A stretch of 64,000 nucleotides of DNA, from positions 85,934,001 through 85,998,000 of the forward strand of contig NC_086108.1 of the NCBI RefSeq assembly GCF_963921235.1. Reading direction: 5' to 3'. This DNA is from Mobula hypostoma (lineage: Eukaryota). This document shows positions 59,822-64,000 of the stretch, one piece after another. Numbering within the stretch: position 1 is the stretch's first letter; every line of letters starts with the position of its first letter. The translations under genes and the position numbers were made by a program. The notes beneath the pieces were generated by a model. The model was not told the origin of the DNA, did not search any database, and saw only the letters and a list, made by a program, of their open reading frames with translations.

Positions 59822-61618
59822 TTCAAAGCTCGAAGTTCAAAGTACAAAATATGTACACATTATACAATCTTGAGATATTAGAATCAGGTTTGTTATCACC
59901 AGCATGTGGCGTGAAATTTGTTAACTTAGCAGCAGCAGTTCAATGCAGTACATAATATAGAAGAGAGTGAAAAAAATAATAAATAAGTAAATCAATTACA
60001 GTATGTGTATATTGAATAGATTAAAAAACATGCAAAAACAGAACTACTGTATATTAAAAAACTGAGGTAGTGTTCAAGGGTTCAATGTCCATTTAGGAAT
60101 CGGATGGCAGAGGGGAAGAAGCTGTTCCTGAATCACTGAGTGTGTGCCTTCAGGCTTCTGTACCTCCTACCTGATGGTAACAGTGAGAAAAGGGCATGCC
60201 CTGGGTGCTGGTGGTTCTTAATAATGGACACTGCCTTTCAGAGACACTGCTCTGTAAAGATGTCCTGGGTACTTTATTGGCTAGTACCCCAGATGGAGCT
60301 GACTAGATTTACAACCTTCTGCAGCTTCTTTCGATCCTGTGCAGTAGACCCCACCGATACCAGACAGTGGTGCAGCCTGTCAGAATGCTGTCCATGGTAT
60401 ATCTATAGAAGTTTTTGAGTGTATTTGTTGACGTGCCAGATCTCTTCAAACTCCTAATGAAGTATGGCTGCTGTCTTGCCTTCTTTATAACTACATCGAT
60501 AGGTTGGGACCAGGTTCGTCCTCAGAGATCTTGACACCCAGGAACTTGAAGCTGCTCACTCTCTCCACTTCTGTTCCCTCTATGAGGATTGGTATGTGTT
60601 CCTTCGTCTTACCCTTCCTGAAGTCCACAATCAGCTCTTTCGTCTTACTGACATTGAGTGCCAGGTTGTTGCTGCGGCACAATTCCACTAGTTGGCATAT
60701 CTCACTCCCGTATGCCCTGTCGTCACCACCTGAGATTCTACCGACAATGGTTGTATCATCAGCAAACTTATAGATGGTATTTGAGTTATGCCTAGCCACA
60801 CAGTCATGGGTATATAGAGAGTAGAACAGTGGGCTAAGCACACACCCCTGACGTGTGCCAGTGTTGATTGTCAGCGAGGAAGATATGTTGTCACCATTCT
60901 GCACAGATTGTGGTCTTCTGGTTAGGAAGCTGAGGATCTAATTGCAAAGGGAGGTACAGAGGCCCTAGTTCTGTAACTTCTCAATCAGAATTGTGGGAAT
61001 GATGGTATTAAATGCTGAGCTATAGTCGATGAACAGCATCCTGACATTGGTGTTTGTGCTGTCCAGGTGGTCTAAAGTTGTGTGGCGAGCCATTGAGATT
61101 CATCTCCTTACAGGCAGCCACAAAACAAAGAAACCCAAAAGAAACCAAAAAAATAGAAGACCATCGAACACTCACTGTGCTGAAAGAAAAGAAACAAATC
61201 ATACAAACAGCAACTGCAATCAAATAGCTTTCTGAACTGAAATCCACAAAGAGAGTCCAAGACCCATAGTTCAGTGCAGAGCCTAATAAACACTGTGGAG
61301 CAGTAAGCTGAATTGACCCACCACACCCCTCAGGCCCCAACACTGGCGCCCGGTGCTCGCCACCTCGATTTGGCCTGTACCCAATCTTTTCAAATTGGCA
61401 TTTAAATCAATCGAGCCTCGGGTCTTCCTCGTCCTCGGCGACAGGCCCACTACATTGCCTGGGTTCCGCCACATCAAATTCACTCCAAGGCGAAAGGGAA
61501 GTTACAGGCTATTACTTGAGATGATCATTTGCCAGAAAAAAAAATATGATTAACAAAGTACTTAGTGGTTTTCCTTGTTTCATTAGCCACCTGCCAGAAG
61601 TGGCTGAGATTCAGCTGT
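59822..61618 (-). mobile_element. Unclassified short non-coding retroelement split by Rex1, inside Gypsy integrase
   Basis: Integrase VLLGLR|.APK is interrupted; (TTTGAAC)-type tail at 59822-59842; body resumes at 61101. Confidence 0.65.
59878..61100 (-). mobile_element. Rex1/Babar LINE, 5'-truncated
   Basis: ORF 60491..60904 has QGCVLSP..YTHDC..KFADDTT..KTKELIVDFRK; TTGAGAT on both flanks. Confidence 0.92.
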
Positions 61619-63288
61619 GCCATCTGAGCCCCAGCAGGACTCCCAGGAGGCAATTGTGCCAACATCCATCCATCAGGGACATCCTCAGAGTAGCCTTTAA
61701 GGAACAGTAAGACAGTGCACACAGGCCATTGGATGTGGGTGATACGCTGTGGTCTGATGCAAATTAACACAGAGGTTCTGGGCTATTGCGGCCCAGAGGG
61801 ATGGCATGAATTGTGAACTGCGGTCGGAAGAAATATCAGATGGGGTGTCAAACTGAGCGACCCAGGTGCTGATGAATGCCTGGTCCCTGCCGCAGCCCTC
61901 ATCGACACTGGATGGACAACCTCTGGCCACGTGATGGCATGGTACACCACGGTAAGGAGATGCATAAAACGGTGGGAGGTGGGAGAGGAACAACCAGGTC
62001 CACATTGATGTGGTCAAACCAGCACTCAGGGACTTCGAAAGGTCCCCAGGGTGCCCGAACGCGACAGTTCATTTTTGCCTGCTGACACACAACACAGGCA
62101 GGACTACAGTCTCGCATATCCTTCCTAAGGACGTGCCACATAAACTTTAAAGCAACCAGTTTCTCTGAAGTCTTCCACCTGGACAGGGGAGGCTGTGGAT
62201 GGAGTTAAAAGCAGTAGGCCTCCAGTTTGCAGGCAGTATAGGGTGAGGGCGACCAGTTGAGACATTGCACAGGAGAGAAACTCCTGCGTCCCTGAATTTA
62301 ACATCAGCCAATAGCAGCCTGTGACTGTTGTCCCCTAAACCTGGACCTCTGGATAGGTAGCTTGGTCAGCTAGCCTGCTGGCATTGCCATACACATTGGG
62401 GTTGATGTTGATGGCAGGTCACGAGAGGCAATTGGCCACTGCATTGTTTTTCCCTTCAATGTACTGTCAGTTGTGAATTCTGAAATGTAGGCCAGGCAAT
62501 GGTGCTGTTGTGCAGACCAGGGCCCTGATGCTTTGGCCATTGTGTGGAAGGTGGTGGGGCAGTTGTGATCAACGAACACTGTGAAATGCCCACCCTCTAG
62601 TAGAAACGAGAGTGACGGATGGCCACATAGAGACCGCGAATCTTATGGTCAGATATGCTGTAGTTCCTCTCGTCTGTAGTGGAGCTGCCTGCTGAAGAGG
62701 GCGTGTGGCTCCCTCGCACTCCCAACCGTTTGAGCACAGCACCCACTGTCCGAGGTGTCAGTAGTGATGGCTTTAGGTGCATTGGGGAGTGGGTGCGGCA
62801 GTAGGGTTGCGCTCGAAAGAGCTTGTTTGGTGTCATCAAATGCTCTGGTCATGTCTGCTGACCATCCAAGTATGCAATTAGGAGCACTATACAAGGGTAG
62901 CACAAGTTCAGCAGCTTGTGATAGAAATTCACTATACCTAAAAACTCTTGCTGTGTGGGCCAGTGGAATGTCCATAATAACGATGACTTTGGATGGCAGG
63001 GATGTCAAACCTTCTGCAGAGATACAGTGGCCAAGAAAGTCAATAATAGACAACCTGAACTGGCATTTAGAGGGGTTAACCATCAGCCCATGTTGGCGTA
63101 AGTACTTGAAAAGTATACAAAGATGTAATAACTGTCCTGTTTTGGATGCACTGCCGACAAGCATATTGTTTGCGTAAACATAAAGAATATTGAAGTCTTT
63201 TAACAGAGTCCATTAGTCACTGGAAGATCTATGCTGCATTTTTCAGCCAGGATAGCATGAGCAGAAGCTCAAATAGGACAAATGGAGT

Positions 63289-63914
63289 TAGATTAGATTA
63301 TGAAGGCACGTAGTCTTCTTTTATTGTCATTTAGTAATGCATGCGTTAAGAAATGATACAATATTTCCTCCGGTGTGATATCACAAAACACAGGACAGAC
63401 CAAGACTGAAAAAACTGACAAAACCACATAATTATAGCATATAGTTACAACAGTGCAACAATACCATAACTTGATGAAGAAGTCTATGAGCACAGTAAAA
63501 GTTCAAGGTCTCTCAAATGTCCCACATCCCACACAGAGGGGAGAAGGAAGAAACACTCTCCCTGCCATGCTGACCACGATCCGACTCTGAGTCATCCGAA
63601 AACTTTGAGCTCTGATCAGCCCTCCGACACCGAGTACTGAGCGCCATCCTTGTCCGAACGATTCGATCTCACCCTCGGTCGCCAACAGCAGGCAAAGCCG
63701 GGGATTTTGAGGCCTACCCTCCAAAAGTTTCCCTATCACACAGTAATGACAGCAGCGAACGAGCGTTTCAGAAATTTCTCCAGATGTTCCTCTGTGCTTT
63801 CATGTCCATTCTCCATCAAATCAGAATTGTCCACGGCCCCTATTTAACAGATATGATATTATTTTCCACCGGAGGGCTGCGCACGCGCAGGCGTGCTGCT
63901 CTCTCTCCTCCCAC
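63289..63914 (-). mobile_element. Unclassified about 625-bp non-coding retroelement inside Gypsy RT
   Basis: Splits KTAVVT|PFVLFE; CpG-rich 5' head; AATAAA and (TAATC)n tail. Confidence 0.7.
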
Positions 63915-64000
63915 TGTGACAACAGCAGTTTTGGAATTTCTCCAGTGCACACAGGCTTCTGATGGTAGCCCCTGACTAAGTCCATTTAAGAAAAATTATC

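Larger units (their letters stand above)
59068..64000 (-). mobile_element. Gypsy LTR retrotransposon, 3' part, decayed, with nested insertions
   Basis: RT (KCQF..IDFLGH), RNase H (TTDTSD, ERNYS), integrase (ISSDRSSQF, TTAYHP), PPT and 3' LTR; runs off the window end. Confidence 0.88.

Overview
This is eukaryotic, repeat-dense genomic DNA with no recognisable host gene; it reads as intronic or intergenic. The repeat set points to a cartilaginous fish, probably a ray or shark (inference): abundant CR1 LINEs, HE1/V-SINE-like SINEs, Rex1/Babar, L2 and Penelope fragments. Most of the window is nested transposable elements: at least a dozen CR1 pieces, one nearly intact 5.9-kb L1 with a 12-bp target-site duplication (TSD), a BovB-type RTE fragment split by a CR1, two decayed Gypsy elements, two solo LTRs of one family, Tc1/mariner, hAT and Harbinger non-autonomous elements, and about ten Penelope-derived ends carrying degenerate minimal hammerhead-ribozyme cores, several arranged as palindromes. 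Nearly all long ORFs are transposon-derived. I found no convincing new multi-gene system. The most notable items are the Penelope hammerhead palindromes, the BovB fragment, and the near-intact L1 with an inverted copy of its 5' motif. Family names come from my recognition of motifs, not from database searches, and boundaries of old elements are approximate.
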